Positions 49,109-60,822 of a DNA stretch of 64,000 nt are shown in pieces (position 1 is the first letter of the stretch; every line of letters begins with the position of its first letter). Position numbers and translations under genes: made by a program. The stretch comes from Staphylococcus sp. CAG:324 (GTDB lineage: Bacteria > Bacillota_I > Bacilli_A > ML615J-28 > CAG-313), in assembly GCA_000433035.1 (NCBI GenBank), contig FR890815.1:85800-149799 (forward strand). Direction: 5' to 3'. The notes under the pieces are model-generated. The model saw nothing but the letters and a program-made list of their open reading frames with translations. It made no database searches and was not told the origin of the DNA.

Positions 49109-52072
49109 ATGAAAAAAAGAATTATATGTTTATTCATGATCAGTTTTATCGCTATTTTTCTAACATCATGTAATAAAAAATTTACAGTTAATTTTGATAC
49201 TGATGGAGGTACAACAGTTGCCGCTGTTGAAGTAAAAAAGGGAGAAACTTTAGAAGAACCGACTGCTCCTACTAAAGATGGCTATATCTTTGTGGAATGG
49301 CAGTTAGATGGTAAAACGTATGATTTTAGTCAAAAAGTGAAAAGCAATTTTACTTTAAAGGCGAAATGGGAGCAAGTAGTACAACTTACAAAACCAACTG
49401 ATTTAAAAATAGAAGATAATATTTTAAGTTGGCAAGCAGTAGAAGGGGCCCAAACATATGATATTTATATTGATGATGAATTGAGGGCTACAAATCTTAC
49501 TACAACAACTTATCAGATTCCTTCTGAAATTAGTTTAGCTTATATTTATGTGGTTGCGAAATCTAAAACCGGAGAATCAGAATCATCAGAAATATTAAAT
49601 TATCAAGTTAGTTTATCAGATGAGGAAGTAAATCAATTTTTAGTAGATTCTGGTCTTAATTATATTGATGATGCGTTTAAAAGTGCTATCAAACTATTAG
49701 CTATTGCTTGTAAAAAGTATAATGTTTCGGTAGATGATTTAAAAAAGTTGAGTTCTGATGAAGGAGTATTGGAATTAGTATTAAAATATATAGAAGATGA
49801 AAGAGTTTCTGATTTATTATCTGTTGCCTTATTGTATGCATCAGAACTATTTAATTCACAAATTCATCAGATGTTAGTAGATAATGTTGTGAATCCCGAA
49901 GGATATGATGAGGCTTTACAAACAGTTTTTACGAAACTAGTGAATAACGATGCCTATCAAACAATCTTTACAAAGGCAAAGGATGATTTAAAATTTGTGA
50001 ATCTTGTTGCTCCATGTCTTGCTTGGGTAGCTAGTTATGCTGATAATTATACTGTTTCTAATGTATTTGATTTTTTAACAATCTTACAATCACTTTGTCC
50101 GCAGTATAAATTGACTAGAAATGATTTAACAATAAATTTTACGAATAACATTACAAACGAAAGTTATACTTTAACGTTAGATGAAATTGAAACGCTTATT
50201 TGTTATTATATGAACAATAAAGATACGAATGAAAATGAAAATGTAATTCATACTTATTTTCAAACTGCTATGTTATATCAAAAATTAGAAACTGCATCAA
50301 TTAACATTTATCAAAACAATCCAGCTTTCAGAAAAACTATCATTCAAAAAATGCCTCAAATTGGTAAACGTGTGCAAGCTATATTCCAAGCTTATACGAC
50401 AGTGATGGCATCAAATGAAGATTTTCAAAATTTGATTACTGCTTTTCAAACGGCTGATACAAGAGAAAAACTGCTTGCGGCATTATTAGATGCACAAACT
50501 TTGAAGAATAATCTAGTCGAAGTCATTGACAAGGCTTTACCAACTAAAGAGGATATCGATATTCTCGCACAACTTGTAGATACTTTATCATTTAGTGATA
50601 TTATGTATTGTATGACTGATAATGCAAATGGTGGAATTAGAATCGAAGGAATCGAATATTTTGTCGAGTATTTAAAAACAATTTTAAGTACTGCGAATAC
50701 ATGCATTGATTTTGTTACATCAATTGATACGGCAAGTTATGATATTATTTCCATCATTGAAGCATATATAATGGGCAATCCTGAACAAGCAGAAATTGCA
50801 AATGCTGAAATTCAAAAACTCATTGCTAATTTACAAGAAGCATTATTACAAAATGAGGATATACAAAACTTTGATCAAACAGGTTTATATTATATTGCTA
50901 AATTTGCTCTTATGACAAATGGTTTCAATTTGGATTCACAATTCTCTTTAGTATTTGGTCAAGCAATGGACGAAGAATTGTTTAATAGACTTTTTGATGA
51001 AATGGAAGAACTTTTAGAATATATATCTGTCGATTCTGCTTATGCTGAACAATTAGTTATGATGCTTTATGAAACTATTTTTATGGCTAAGGCACCCGAA
51101 GTTTCATATGAAGTGGTTTGTGAATTGTTACATCAAGTATTTACATATGTAGATAAAGATGTTTTAAATGAATATAAAGATCTATTAGTAGGATGTTTTG
51201 AATATTATTTTTATAGTAGTAATTTAAGAAAAGAGATGCTTCAAAATAATGAAGAATTTGATGTTTTGAAAAAAGCGGAAGAACTATATCAATGCATATA
51301 TGACAACTTTGAAACTTTAAAACCATTCTTGGAAATGATGTTACAAACAAATTTAATAGGAAATTTTGAGACATCCGGTTATGAAGAGAATAAAAATATA
51401 TTGATTGAAAATTTAAACAATTGGAAAGTATTGTTTGCTAATTCAAATACAACTCCTACAAAAATTATTACAGTTATTGATTTAATTGAAAAATTAACAA
51501 CTGGTGAGGGAGTATCAGCTGCTGATAAAGCATTTTTCAACGATGCGTTATTAACTAAAATTGATCAATTATTGGCATTAGTCGATTGTTATTCATTTGC
51601 TTTAACGACTGAGCAAAAAGATTTGATTTATGATTTTGAATATTATTTGAATATTGATTGGCAATATCCTAGTATTTATGAATTAAGTGTTATAACTCAA
51701 ACAATTGATAATCAAACGATAGATTATTTAGTAGTATCTATTAAAGAAGAAATTTTCAATCTTTATCAAGATAATCTTTCTAAGGGAAATTTTTCAAAGT
51801 TAGAGTTGGAATTAGAAATAGGTAATGCTTCGTATAGTGGATACCTTTCTTTAAATGCTGTAGATGAACCAAATATTTTTGGTATAGTATCTTTTGATGA
51901 TATTGCCTCATCACTTGGTTATCGTTTATCTGAATTAAATGATATACTAAATAATGATGCTTTGGCTAATCTTAAGATTTCATATATTGGTTTAAATATA
52001 CTGTATAATGGTGAAGAATCGTATTTTTCTGGTGCTGTTTCAGATAATATCACTCAATATTTTTTCAATTAA
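49109..52072 (+). CDS. large lipoprotein: N-terminal Listeria-Bacteroides repeat + FN3-like module + long acidic alpha-helical region
   Basis: MKKRIICLFMISFIAIFLTSC lipobox. FDTDGG..GYIFVEWQ..FTLKAKWE (Flg_new). PTDLKIEDNILSWQAVEGAQTYDIYID (FN3-like). Start moved to ATG 49109 (RBS GGAAGGGA). Confidence 0.65.
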   Translation: MKKRIICLFMISFIAIFLTSCNKKFTVNFDTDGGTTVAAVEVKKGETLEEPTAPTKDGYIFVEWQLDGKTYDFSQKVKSNFTLKAKWEQVVQLTKPTDLKIEDNILSWQAVEGAQTYDIYIDDELRATNLTTTTYQIPSEISLAYIYVVAKSKTGESESSEILNYQVSLSDEEVNQFLVDSGLNYIDDAFKSAIKLLAIACKKYNVSVDDLKKLSSDEGVLELVLKYIEDERVSDLLSVALLYASELFNSQIHQMLVDNVVNPEGYDEALQTVFTKLVNNDAYQTIFTKAKDDLKFVNLVAPCLAWVASYADNYTVSNVFDFLTILQSLCPQYKLTRNDLTINFTNNITNESYTLTLDEIETLICYYMNNKDTNENENVIHTYFQTAMLYQKLETASINIYQNNPAFRKTIIQKMPQIGKRVQAIFQAYTTVMASNEDFQNLITAFQTADTREKLLAALLDAQTLKNNLVEVIDKALPTKEDIDILAQLVDTLSFSDIMYCMTDNANGGIRIEGIEYFVEYLKTILSTANTCIDFVTSIDTASYDIISIIEAYIMGNPEQAEIANAEIQKLIANLQEALLQNEDIQNFDQTGLYYIAKFALMTNGFNLDSQFSLVFGQAMDEELFNRLFDEMEELLEYISVDSAYAEQLVMMLYETIFMAKAPEVSYEVVCELLHQVFTYVDKDVLNEYKDLLVGCFEYYFYSSNLRKEMLQNNEEFDVLKKAEELYQCIYDNFETLKPFLEMMLQTNLIGNFETSGYEENKNILIENLNNWKVLFANSNTTPTKIITVIDLIEKLTTGEGVSAADKAFFNDALLTKIDQLLALVDCYSFALTTEQKDLIYDFEYYLNIDWQYPSIYELSVITQTIDNQTIDYLVVSIKEEIFNLYQDNLSKGNFSKLELELEIGNASYSGYLSLNAVDEPNIFGIVSFDDIASSLGYRLSELNDILNNDALANLKISYIGLNILYNGEESYFSGAVSDNITQYFFN

Positions 52073-52273
52073 TTGTATCATTTTAAAAAAAGATATCTTT
52101 AAATAAGAAGGCAAAACTTATTTTGAAGATGTCTTTTTTCATTGAAAGAAAATAGCATATCTTGATAAAATCATTAGTTTTTGATATAATAGATTTGTTT
52201 TATAAAAGTATCCTGAAAAGTGGTATATTTTTTAATAAAATGGCTATAGTAATAATAGGAAAATAATGTATAA

Positions 52274-53586
<1,313 letters not shown>

Positions 53587-53587
<1 letters not shown>

Positions 53588-53639
53588 AAAAAGCATTTAA
53601 ATAGCATCCTTTTATAGGGTGCTAAATAAATGCTTTTTA
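53587..53639. terminator. bidirectional hairpin terminator between convergent eno and minus-strand gene
   Basis: AAGCATTTAaATAGCA ... TGCTAaATAAATGCTT with A-run 5' and T-run 3'. Confidence 0.65.
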
Positions 53640-54457
53640 TTCTGTTTTTTAAATAGGGTCGATTTTAGATGAGAACCATATTTTTTAAATAATCCACAAA
53701 GGATAATCGAAAAAACTAAAATACCAATAAATGTAATTGAGATTATAGTACCAATATGCATAAAGAAATCACCTGTTAATACATTAGTTAATGTATCACA
53801 ATAATGAAATGACAAAGCCAATTCCACTTTATTACTATCGGGAAAAATAATTTTGTGGAAAATTTCAAAAGCCAAATCAAAATCGACAATTGCAAAGATG
53901 GCCACAAAAATACCTAAAACGATAAAGATAGAAACAGTAATCATATATGTTTTGAAAAAGATGGGGCCAATCGTTTTTCTTCTTATGATTAAATAAACAA
54001 TAAAAATAATAAAGAGAACAATACAGACATAACAAAGTTGAATTCCTCCTATAAAAAGAACTTTAACATCTTGCATGTGAACGATTGCTTGTTCAGAGAA
54101 AAAATTAACTGGTCCTTCGGAGGTAATTACTTGAAATTGCATACTATCACAATCGCTATGATATAAATACTGGATAATCAAATCGGTAGCTTTGATCAAA
54201 TCTTCTTTTGTAACATCATATTTGGGATAGTAACAATCATAATAAGAATGCGTTGTTTCATCATAGTGTTGGTGAACATACCCATTAAAAGTATATTTTT
54301 CTAAAATTTCTTCAACTTTATTTCTATCTTGTTCTTTTAGATAATAAGATTTGGATTTAGCAATCGGAAGAATGCTGATACAACCGATTAAAATAATAAA
54401 AATAACGGAAGCAAGAATGAGGATAATGCGATCAATTATATTTAAAATTTTATTCAT
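53612..54457 (-). CDS. polytopic membrane protein co-transcribed with lgt (function unknown)
   Basis: 281 aa, N-terminal TM plus C-terminal TM cluster. Start overlaps the lgt stop by 8 nt. Confidence 0.5.
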   Translation of the reverse strand: MNKILNIIDRIILILASVIFIILIGCISILPIAKSKSYYLKEQDRNKVEEILEKYTFNGYVHQHYDETTHSYYDCYYPKYDVTKEDLIKATDLIIQYLYHSDCDSMQFQVITSEGPVNFFSEQAIVHMQDVKVLFIGGIQLCYVCIVLFIIFIVYLIIRRKTIGPIFFKTYMITVSIFIVLGIFVAIFAIVDFDLAFEIFHKIIFPDSNKVELALSFHYCDTLTNVLTGDFFMHIGTIISITFIGILVFSIILCGLFKKYGSHLKSTLFKKQNKKHLFSTL

Positions 54458-55319
54458 TGGTATTTACATCCTCAGGATTTTCTTTATTTGTTAATTCGAG
54501 ATCATGAGAATTGGCAGTTTCGGCAATCGGCTCTAAAACATTTTTCTTTTGGAGCCACATTTCTAGAGGTTTGCGCCATATTAATAATACAATTCCCCAT
54601 AAAAACATAATAATACTCATAAATTGCGATGGTGATAAAAAACCGAAAGGACTAGAACCTCTATCATCACCTCGTAAGTATTCAAGTAAGAATCGGAATA
54701 CATTATAGCCAATAAAATACCATCCACAGCGATTCTTTTTAATAAAGAAAAATAAGATGGCTGCAAATATAAATAAGAAAACCGCCTCATATAATTGAGT
54801 AGGTAAAATCCAAGCATATTTGGCATTAGGTTCATTTATCGGATAGTAGATAGATAAAAAGGTATGAGGTTCAACTGTTTTTCCATAGCAACATCCCCCA
54901 AAAAAACAACCAATTCTACCAAAACCATGGGCTACACAAAGACCGACCACGATGATATCAAGGAAGAAAAACATTTTATTCCGATCATATTTCATAATAA
55001 AATAATAAAGAATGAAGTATGATAAAATACCACCGAAAAGACCTCCGGAAAAAGTAATACCCCACCATTCCCAGTTAAAACTACCAGTTTCTTTGTAGGT
55101 AGAAATATTGTGCCATAAAGCATCAAAGAAAACAGCACTTAGGGCAAAAATTCCTCCTGCAAGCCCACAAACAACAATTAATTTATCAATTTTTTTCTCA
55201 CTGGTATGATTTTTTCTAAATAGTGTTAAAATGATGATGGTAAAGCATAAAACACCAATTGATACCATTAATCCAAATGTAGGGATTGTGATACCAAAGA
55301 TATGTAATTCTGGTTTCAT
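54450..55319 (-). CDS. lgt: prolipoprotein diacylglyceryl transferase
   Basis: MKPELHIFGITIPTFGLM N-term. GFGRIGCFFGGCCYGK Lgt signature. Start set to the Met giving the canonical N-terminus. Confidence 0.85.
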   Translation of the reverse strand: MKPELHIFGITIPTFGLMVSIGVLCFTIIILTLFRKNHTSEKKIDKLIVVCGLAGGIFALSAVFFDALWHNISTYKETGSFNWEWWGITFSGGLFGGILSYFILYYFIMKYDRNKMFFFLDIIVVGLCVAHGFGRIGCFFGGCCYGKTVEPHTFLSIYYPINEPNAKYAWILPTQLYEAVFLFIFAAILFFFIKKNRCGWYFIGYNVFRFLLEYLRGDDRGSSPFGFLSPSQFMSIIMFLWGIVLLIWRKPLEMWLQKKNVLEPIAETANSHDLELTNKENPEDVNTNE

Positions 55320-55472
55320 TTTAAACTCCTTTCTAAATGAATTGTTAATATTATAACACAAAATTTTCAAATGTAAACATAAAATGCAAGATATCTCAAG
55401 AAAAGCCTGAATACCTTTCTTGAAAAAATTTTTCAATTGTTGTATAATAATACCAAAAGTAGGTGATAGAGG

Positions 55473-56132
55473 ATGATCGATAGTATTTTGCAAAATTTGA
55501 CAAAAATCAAAAAAGATGTCATATATATTGATATATTAATGAACCATATTGTAAATTTGATGTTAAAAGAGAAATGGCAATTTACACGAAATACATATCA
55601 TAACCTTGAAGAAAATGTAAATAAATACCAAAATGGTGATAAAACTTCAATTATTCAAAACTATATTATGAATGATTATGAAACTCTTCTTCAAATGATT
55701 TATGAATTCAAAGAAGACCTTTATCCAATTTTTGATTCCGCTCTTTTTCTTTTACTAGATTCATTTACTGAGGACGAATTAGAGAACTTGCAAAAAAGAA
55801 CAAAGAAACTTTTTTCCACTTCTCCTCATTTTAGTGATTTGCAAGAAAGCTTACTTAAAGATGAGAGTCCAAAAACTAAAATTTTTTTAAATAATTTGAT
55901 TCATTTGTTAAATCATCATGTATCAAGTCAAGATGTAAAATTCATTCCATTTGAAATGATGCATTCCTTAATCGCCTTAGAACAGTTTACAAAAGAGGAT
56001 TATTTAAAAGCTTATCAAATTACTACGAAAGCCTTAAAGTATTTGCAAGATAAGACTATAGTGAAAGAAGAATATTTACAAATGCGCCTAAACGTGTTTA
56101 CTATGCTTGCGGGAGAAAAAGATGTTGAATAA
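55473..56132 (+). CDS. hypothetical cytoplasmic protein
   Basis: 219-aa ORF, no motif recognised. Upstream of rsmB. Confidence 0.45.
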   Translation: MIDSILQNLTKIKKDVIYIDILMNHIVNLMLKEKWQFTRNTYHNLEENVNKYQNGDKTSIIQNYIMNDYETLLQMIYEFKEDLYPIFDSALFLLLDSFTEDELENLQKRTKKLFSTSPHFSDLQESLLKDESPKTKIFLNNLIHLLNHHVSSQDVKFIPFEMMHSLIALEQFTKEDYLKAYQITTKALKYLQDKTIVKEEYLQMRLNVFTMLAGEKDVE

Positions 56133-57357
56133 AATTCTAAATAGTTTAAGGGAAATCTTAAATGAAAATGGTTATACTAATTTAGTTGTTAGTAGAACTT
56201 TAAATCAAGTAAATTGGAATGAACATGAAAAAAAGTTATATACAAAGATAGTGTATGGTGTAGTTGAAAATAAAATCTTATTAGACTATTATCTGCAACC
56301 ACTTACTAAAGGGAAGAGAATTAAACCATTTGTTCGAAATGCTTTAAGAATAGGGGTGTATGGAATGGATAATTTAAATCTACCAAAGTATTATCTGGTA
56401 AATGAAGTTGTGGAATGTATCAAAAAGTTAGATTATAAAGCATCAACATTTGTCAATGCTCTTTTAAGAAAGTATCAACAACTGCCTAAAAGGAATTTTG
56501 ATCATTTATCTAAAATAGAATCTTATAGTATCAAATATAGTCTTCCTCAAGAACTTACCAAAATGCTGTATCAACAATATCAAGATCGAATAGTTGATTT
56601 TTTCTTAAATGATGAGGAAATATACAATACCTACCGAATTAATCCATTAAAAACTACGATAGAAGATGTCAAGACAACGTTAGAAAAAGATAACATTTTG
56701 TATACTTTAGAAGATGATATGATTTTACAAACAAAAAGTAATCTCATTCATAGTAGTTTATTTCAACAAGGAAAGATCATTGCACAAGATAAATCTAGTA
56801 TGATGGTTGGTAAAATCCTAAATCCTATTGAAAATGATGTGATTCTTGATGCTTGTAGTGCTCCGGGTTCTAAAGCAATGCAACTTGCGAGTATGATTGA
56901 TAATAAAGGGATGATTATTGCAATGGATATTTATCCTCATAAAATTCAATTAATTGAGAATAATATTGCAAAAATGGGGGCAACTTGTGTAAAAACAATG
57001 CAAGCAGATGCGATGAATGTTCATTTTGATTTTCTTTTTGATAAAATTTTAATAGATGCCCCTTGCTCTGGGCTAGGTGTACTTAGACATAAACCAGATT
57101 TAAAATATCAAATGACGCTTGAGAAAATTGCCTCAATTAAAAAAACTCAAGAACAAATTTTGGAAAATATGAGCAAGTATGTAAAACCTAATGGTGTTTT
57201 AGTATATAGTACGTGTACTATCAATAAAGAGGAAAATGAAGATATGATTCAACAATTTTTATTTAAGCATCCATCATTTCAAAAAGAAAAAGAAATTCGT
57301 GTGTTTCCATCAAGCAAAGAGGATGGATTTTATATATGTAGATTACGAGGTTATTAA
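56122..57357 (+). CDS. rsmB: 16S rRNA (cytosine967-C5)-methyltransferase RsmB/Sun
   Basis: NusB-like N-term. DACSAPGSK and PCSGLGV motifs. ATG 56122 with GGGAG RBS (track start 56107 is TTG). Confidence 0.8.
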   Translation: MLNKILNSLREILNENGYTNLVVSRTLNQVNWNEHEKKLYTKIVYGVVENKILLDYYLQPLTKGKRIKPFVRNALRIGVYGMDNLNLPKYYLVNEVVECIKKLDYKASTFVNALLRKYQQLPKRNFDHLSKIESYSIKYSLPQELTKMLYQQYQDRIVDFFLNDEEIYNTYRINPLKTTIEDVKTTLEKDNILYTLEDDMILQTKSNLIHSSLFQQGKIIAQDKSSMMVGKILNPIENDVILDACSAPGSKAMQLASMIDNKGMIIAMDIYPHKIQLIENNIAKMGATCVKTMQADAMNVHFDFLFDKILIDAPCSGLGVLRHKPDLKYQMTLEKIASIKKTQEQILENMSKYVKPNGVLVYSTCTINKEENEDMIQQFLFKHPSFQKEKEIRVFPSSKEDGFYICRLRGY

Positions 57358-58404
57358 ATGAAAAAAAATATCTATGATTATTCGTTAGAAGAGTTAAAAG
57401 CATATTTAACTGCGAAAGGGGAAAAACCTTTTAGAGCTAAACAAATCTTTGAATGGTTGTATCGCTTTCGAGTTGATCAGTTTCATTTGATGACGAATCT
57501 TGCTAAAACCACTATTGAGTTATTAAATAATGAGTTTGAAATAAAAGTATTAGAGTTAGTGACTAAACAAATATCAAATGATGGCACTATGAAATATTTG
57601 TTTAGATTAAGTGATGGGAAGTTAATTGAAACAGTTTTAATGCGACATCATTATGGTAATAGTATATGCGTTACTAGTGAGGTTGGCTGTAATATGGGAT
57701 GTGCTTTTTGTGCTAGTGGGGAACTCAACAAAATAAGAAATCTTACAATTGGTGAAATGGTTTTACAAGTTTTAATGGTACAAAAAGATTTGGATTCTCA
57801 TTTCCAAAGGGTATCGAATATTGTGGTAATGGGAATTGGTGAACCTTTTGATAATTATGATAATGTAATGGAATTTTTGCGCATTTTAAATTATCCTAAT
57901 GGTTTTGAAATTGGTGCTCGTCATATCACAGTATCTACTTGTGGGATTGTACCCAAAATTAAAGAATTTGCTAATTTTGATTTACAAGTGAATTTAGCAA
58001 TTAGTTTACATGCTCCAAATAATACGATTCGCAATCAAATGATGAAAATTAATAAACAATATCCTCTTGAACAAGTTATAGAAGCAGTAAAAGAATATAT
58101 TGAAAAAACAAATAGAAGGGTTACGTTTGAATATATTTTACTATCTGAAATCAATGATGAAATCGGTCATGCTGAAGAGTTAGTTAAACTTATCAGAGGA
58201 ATCAATTGCTATGTAAATTTAATACCATATAATGAAATAAGCACTAAACCATTTCAACAAACGTCTAAAAAGAAAGCAGATGCTTTTTTTGAAGTTTTAC
58301 GAAAAAATGGTATCAATGCTACCGTTAGAATGGAACATGGTTCGGATATTATGGCTGCTTGTGGACAGTTAAGGGCTAAAAGATTAAAGGAAGAACGGAA
58401 ATGA
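57358..58404 (+). CDS. rlmN: 23S rRNA/tRNA (adenine-C2)-methyltransferase RlmN (radical SAM)
   Basis: CNMGCAFCASG radical-SAM cluster motif. 348 aa. Confidence 0.9.
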   Translation: MKKNIYDYSLEELKAYLTAKGEKPFRAKQIFEWLYRFRVDQFHLMTNLAKTTIELLNNEFEIKVLELVTKQISNDGTMKYLFRLSDGKLIETVLMRHHYGNSICVTSEVGCNMGCAFCASGELNKIRNLTIGEMVLQVLMVQKDLDSHFQRVSNIVVMGIGEPFDNYDNVMEFLRILNYPNGFEIGARHITVSTCGIVPKIKEFANFDLQVNLAISLHAPNNTIRNQMMKINKQYPLEQVIEAVKEYIEKTNRRVTFEYILLSEINDEIGHAEELVKLIRGINCYVNLIPYNEISTKPFQQTSKKKADAFFEVLRKNGINATVRMEHGSDIMAACGQLRAKRLKEERK

Positions 58405-59279
58405 CAGCAATAATCACTTGTTTAATTTCAGGAGAGTATACCCTTTATGATCAAAGTTCAAATAAGACTTTTGTTGCTAAGGCAAGAGGTATTTTCCGTA
58501 ACCAAAAAACATCACCTAAAGTAGGTGATATAGTGGAATATACATCTGGCAATCCATATGCTACAATTGTTAAAATTTTACCAAGACATAGTGATTTTGT
58601 AAGACCACCAATTGCTAACATTGATCAAGCTTTTATTGTCACTAGTGTAAAAGAACCATCACTAAATTTAAATCTTTTAGATCGAATGATTTGTGTGTTT
58701 GAATTTCAAAATATTTTGCCTATTTTAGTTTTTTCTAAAATGGATTTATTAAACGATAACGAAAAAGAAGAAGTTTTCAAAAAGATGGATTATTATCAAA
58801 CCATTGGTTATCCTATTATTAAAACAACAACAATAGACCCGCTAACTATTGACAAGATCAAACCTTATTTAAAAGATAAAACAAGTGTGATTACAGGTCA
58901 AAGTGGTGTTGGTAAAAGTAGTATTATCAATCTTATTGATGAAACCATTAAGATGGATACAGCTGAAATTTCTAAAGCTTTAAATAGAGGGAAACATACG
59001 ACTAGATATACCAAACTTTTCTTTGTGGAAAATGGGTGGTTAGCAGATACTCCGGGATTTGGAATGGTAGAATTTTTCGATATGGATGAGGTTAGCCTTT
59101 CGCATAGTTTTATTGAATTTTTTCACTTTTCTGAATCTTGTAAATATAGTGGTTGTCTTCATCAAAATGAACCTTCTTGTAATGTGAAAAGAAAATTAGA
59201 AGAAGGATTGATATTAAAAAGTAGGTATGAGAATTACCAACAATTTATGAATGAAATTAAATCTCGCAGAAAGTGGTAA
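58401..59279 (+). CDS. rsgA: ribosome small-subunit-dependent GTPase A
   Basis: GQSGVGKSS P-loop. C-terminal Cys/His zinc knuckle (C..C.H...C). OB-fold N-term. Confidence 0.85.
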   Translation: MTAIITCLISGEYTLYDQSSNKTFVAKARGIFRNQKTSPKVGDIVEYTSGNPYATIVKILPRHSDFVRPPIANIDQAFIVTSVKEPSLNLNLLDRMICVFEFQNILPILVFSKMDLLNDNEKEEVFKKMDYYQTIGYPIIKTTTIDPLTIDKIKPYLKDKTSVITGQSGVGKSSIINLIDETIKMDTAEISKALNRGKHTTRYTKLFFVENGWLADTPGFGMVEFFDMDEVSLSHSFIEFFHFSESCKYSGCLHQNEPSCNVKRKLEEGLILKSRYENYQQFMNEIKSRRKW

Positions 59280-59284
59280 AAAAA

Positions 59285-59926
59285 ATGAAAGTTGCACCAT
59301 CAATTTTATCAGTATTCAATCAAAATTTAGATGAAATTTTATTTCAATTAGCAAAAGCCGATATTAAGTATTTGCATCTAGATGTAATGGATAATAAATT
59401 TGTTCCTAACTATACCTTTGATGAAACATTTGTTTATCAAATAAAACAAAAGACTTCTTTCATTTTAGATACTCATTTAATGATTGAAGAACCATTCAAT
59501 CAAATTGATCGGTATATTAAAAGTGGCAGTGATTATTTATGTTTTCATATTGAGGCTACCAAAAATCCTCAAATGATAATTGATAAGATTAAAGAAGCCT
59601 CGTTAAAGGTAGGAATTGCCATTAAACCAAAGACGCCACTAGATGTTATTTTACCATATCTACCTTTTTTAGATTTAGTTTTGGTAATGAGCGTAGAGCC
59701 AGGTTTTGGAGGTCAAAAATTTATGGCAGAAGTTCTTTACAAAACGGAAGAATTAGCGAAAATAAGAAAAAAGTATGCATATCAATATTTAATTGAAATG
59801 GATGGAGGGATTAACAATGAAAATTTTCAACTTATTAAGAAAGCAGGATGTGATATCATTGTTGTGGGAAGCTATTTGTTTCAACAAGATAATTTATATA
59901 CAACTATAAAGGAGTTAGAAGAATGA
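59285..59926 (+). CDS. rpe: ribulose-phosphate 3-epimerase
   Basis: MKVAPSILS.. N-term, HLDVMD, and EPGFGGQ-like motif (VEPGFGGQKF). Confidence 0.85.
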   Translation: MKVAPSILSVFNQNLDEILFQLAKADIKYLHLDVMDNKFVPNYTFDETFVYQIKQKTSFILDTHLMIEEPFNQIDRYIKSGSDYLCFHIEATKNPQMIIDKIKEASLKVGIAIKPKTPLDVILPYLPFLDLVLVMSVEPGFGGQKFMAEVLYKTEELAKIRKKYAYQYLIEMDGGINNENFQLIKKAGCDIIVVGSYLFQQDNLYTTIKELEE

Positions 59927-60573
59927 AAATCATTATTGTTGCTTCCTCTCCGGTTAAAACTTTTTATCAAAATTATCACTTAAATCCATCGGATTATTTT
60001 ATTGGGATAGATGCAGGAAGTCTTGAATTGATCAAAAGAGGAATTAAACCAGATTTATCAATAGGTGATTTTGATAGTACTGAAGAACTAAACTATATTC
60101 AAGATCATTCATATGAAACAATAGTTTTTTCACGCCAAAAAAATGAAACGGATTTAGAATTGGCTTTTCAATATTTAGAACAGTTGAAAGGTTCCCTCAA
60201 TTTAGAAATTGATGTTTATGATGCAACTAGTGCTAGATTAGATCATGAATTTAATACCTATATGTTGATGGCCAAATATGATAAGTATAAGATTAGAATT
60301 ATTGATGATGAGAATGAAGTTATATATATGAAAACCAATGATAGTTATGAAATTAAAAGACCTCATTGTAAATATTTTTCTTTGTTTGCAAAAGAAGAAA
60401 CGGTTGTTTCAATAACGAATGCTTTGTATGAACTAGATCAAGTTCTGCTTAGTCCTAATGATACGTATGCGGTTAGTAACGAACCATTACATAATCATAA
60501 AAATCCAATTATTGAAGTAAAAAGAGGAGGCATTTATCTATTTAGTTTTTTTGCTAAAGAAGGCATAAATTGA
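59923..60573 (+). CDS. thiN: thiamine diphosphokinase
   Basis: 216 aa. GDFDS motif. Conserved rsgA-rpe-thiN gene order. Confidence 0.75.
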   Translation: MKIIIVASSPVKTFYQNYHLNPSDYFIGIDAGSLELIKRGIKPDLSIGDFDSTEELNYIQDHSYETIVFSRQKNETDLELAFQYLEQLKGSLNLEIDVYDATSARLDHEFNTYMLMAKYDKYKIRIIDDENEVIYMKTNDSYEIKRPHCKYFSLFAKEETVVSITNALYELDQVLLSPNDTYAVSNEPLHNHKNPIIEVKRGGIYLFSFFAKEGIN

Positions 60574-60611
60574 ATTGTTTTTTCATACAATGTATCACTA
60601 GGAGGGTATGT

Positions 60612-60698
60612 ATGCACTTTCACATTATCAAACTACCAAAATTCATTTCTAAAATTATCGCCTTCTTTGTAAAACTTTTTTCAAAGAAAGAAAAATAG
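60612..60698 (+). CDS. 28-aa amphipathic/hydrophobic Lys-rich peptide
   Basis: GGAGGG RBS 5 nt upstream of ATG. Encodes MHFHIIKLPKFISKIIAFFVKLFSKKEK. Terminator follows immediately. Confidence 0.25.
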   Translation: MHFHIIKLPKFISKIIAFFVKLFSKKEK

Positions 60699-60702
60699 AA
60701 TG

Positions 60703-60740
60703 AAAAAGATGATAAGATTTTCACGTCTTATCATCTTTTC
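60703..60740. terminator. bidirectional hairpin terminator
   Basis: AAAAGATGATAAGA...TCTTATCATCTTTT. Confidence 0.65.
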
Positions 60741-60822
60741 AATTATATAAGTGAAAAACTTGCGATAAAAGAAGAAATTTAGTAAAATACATTTATAATA
60801 AAGAAAAGATGGTGGTGATGAA

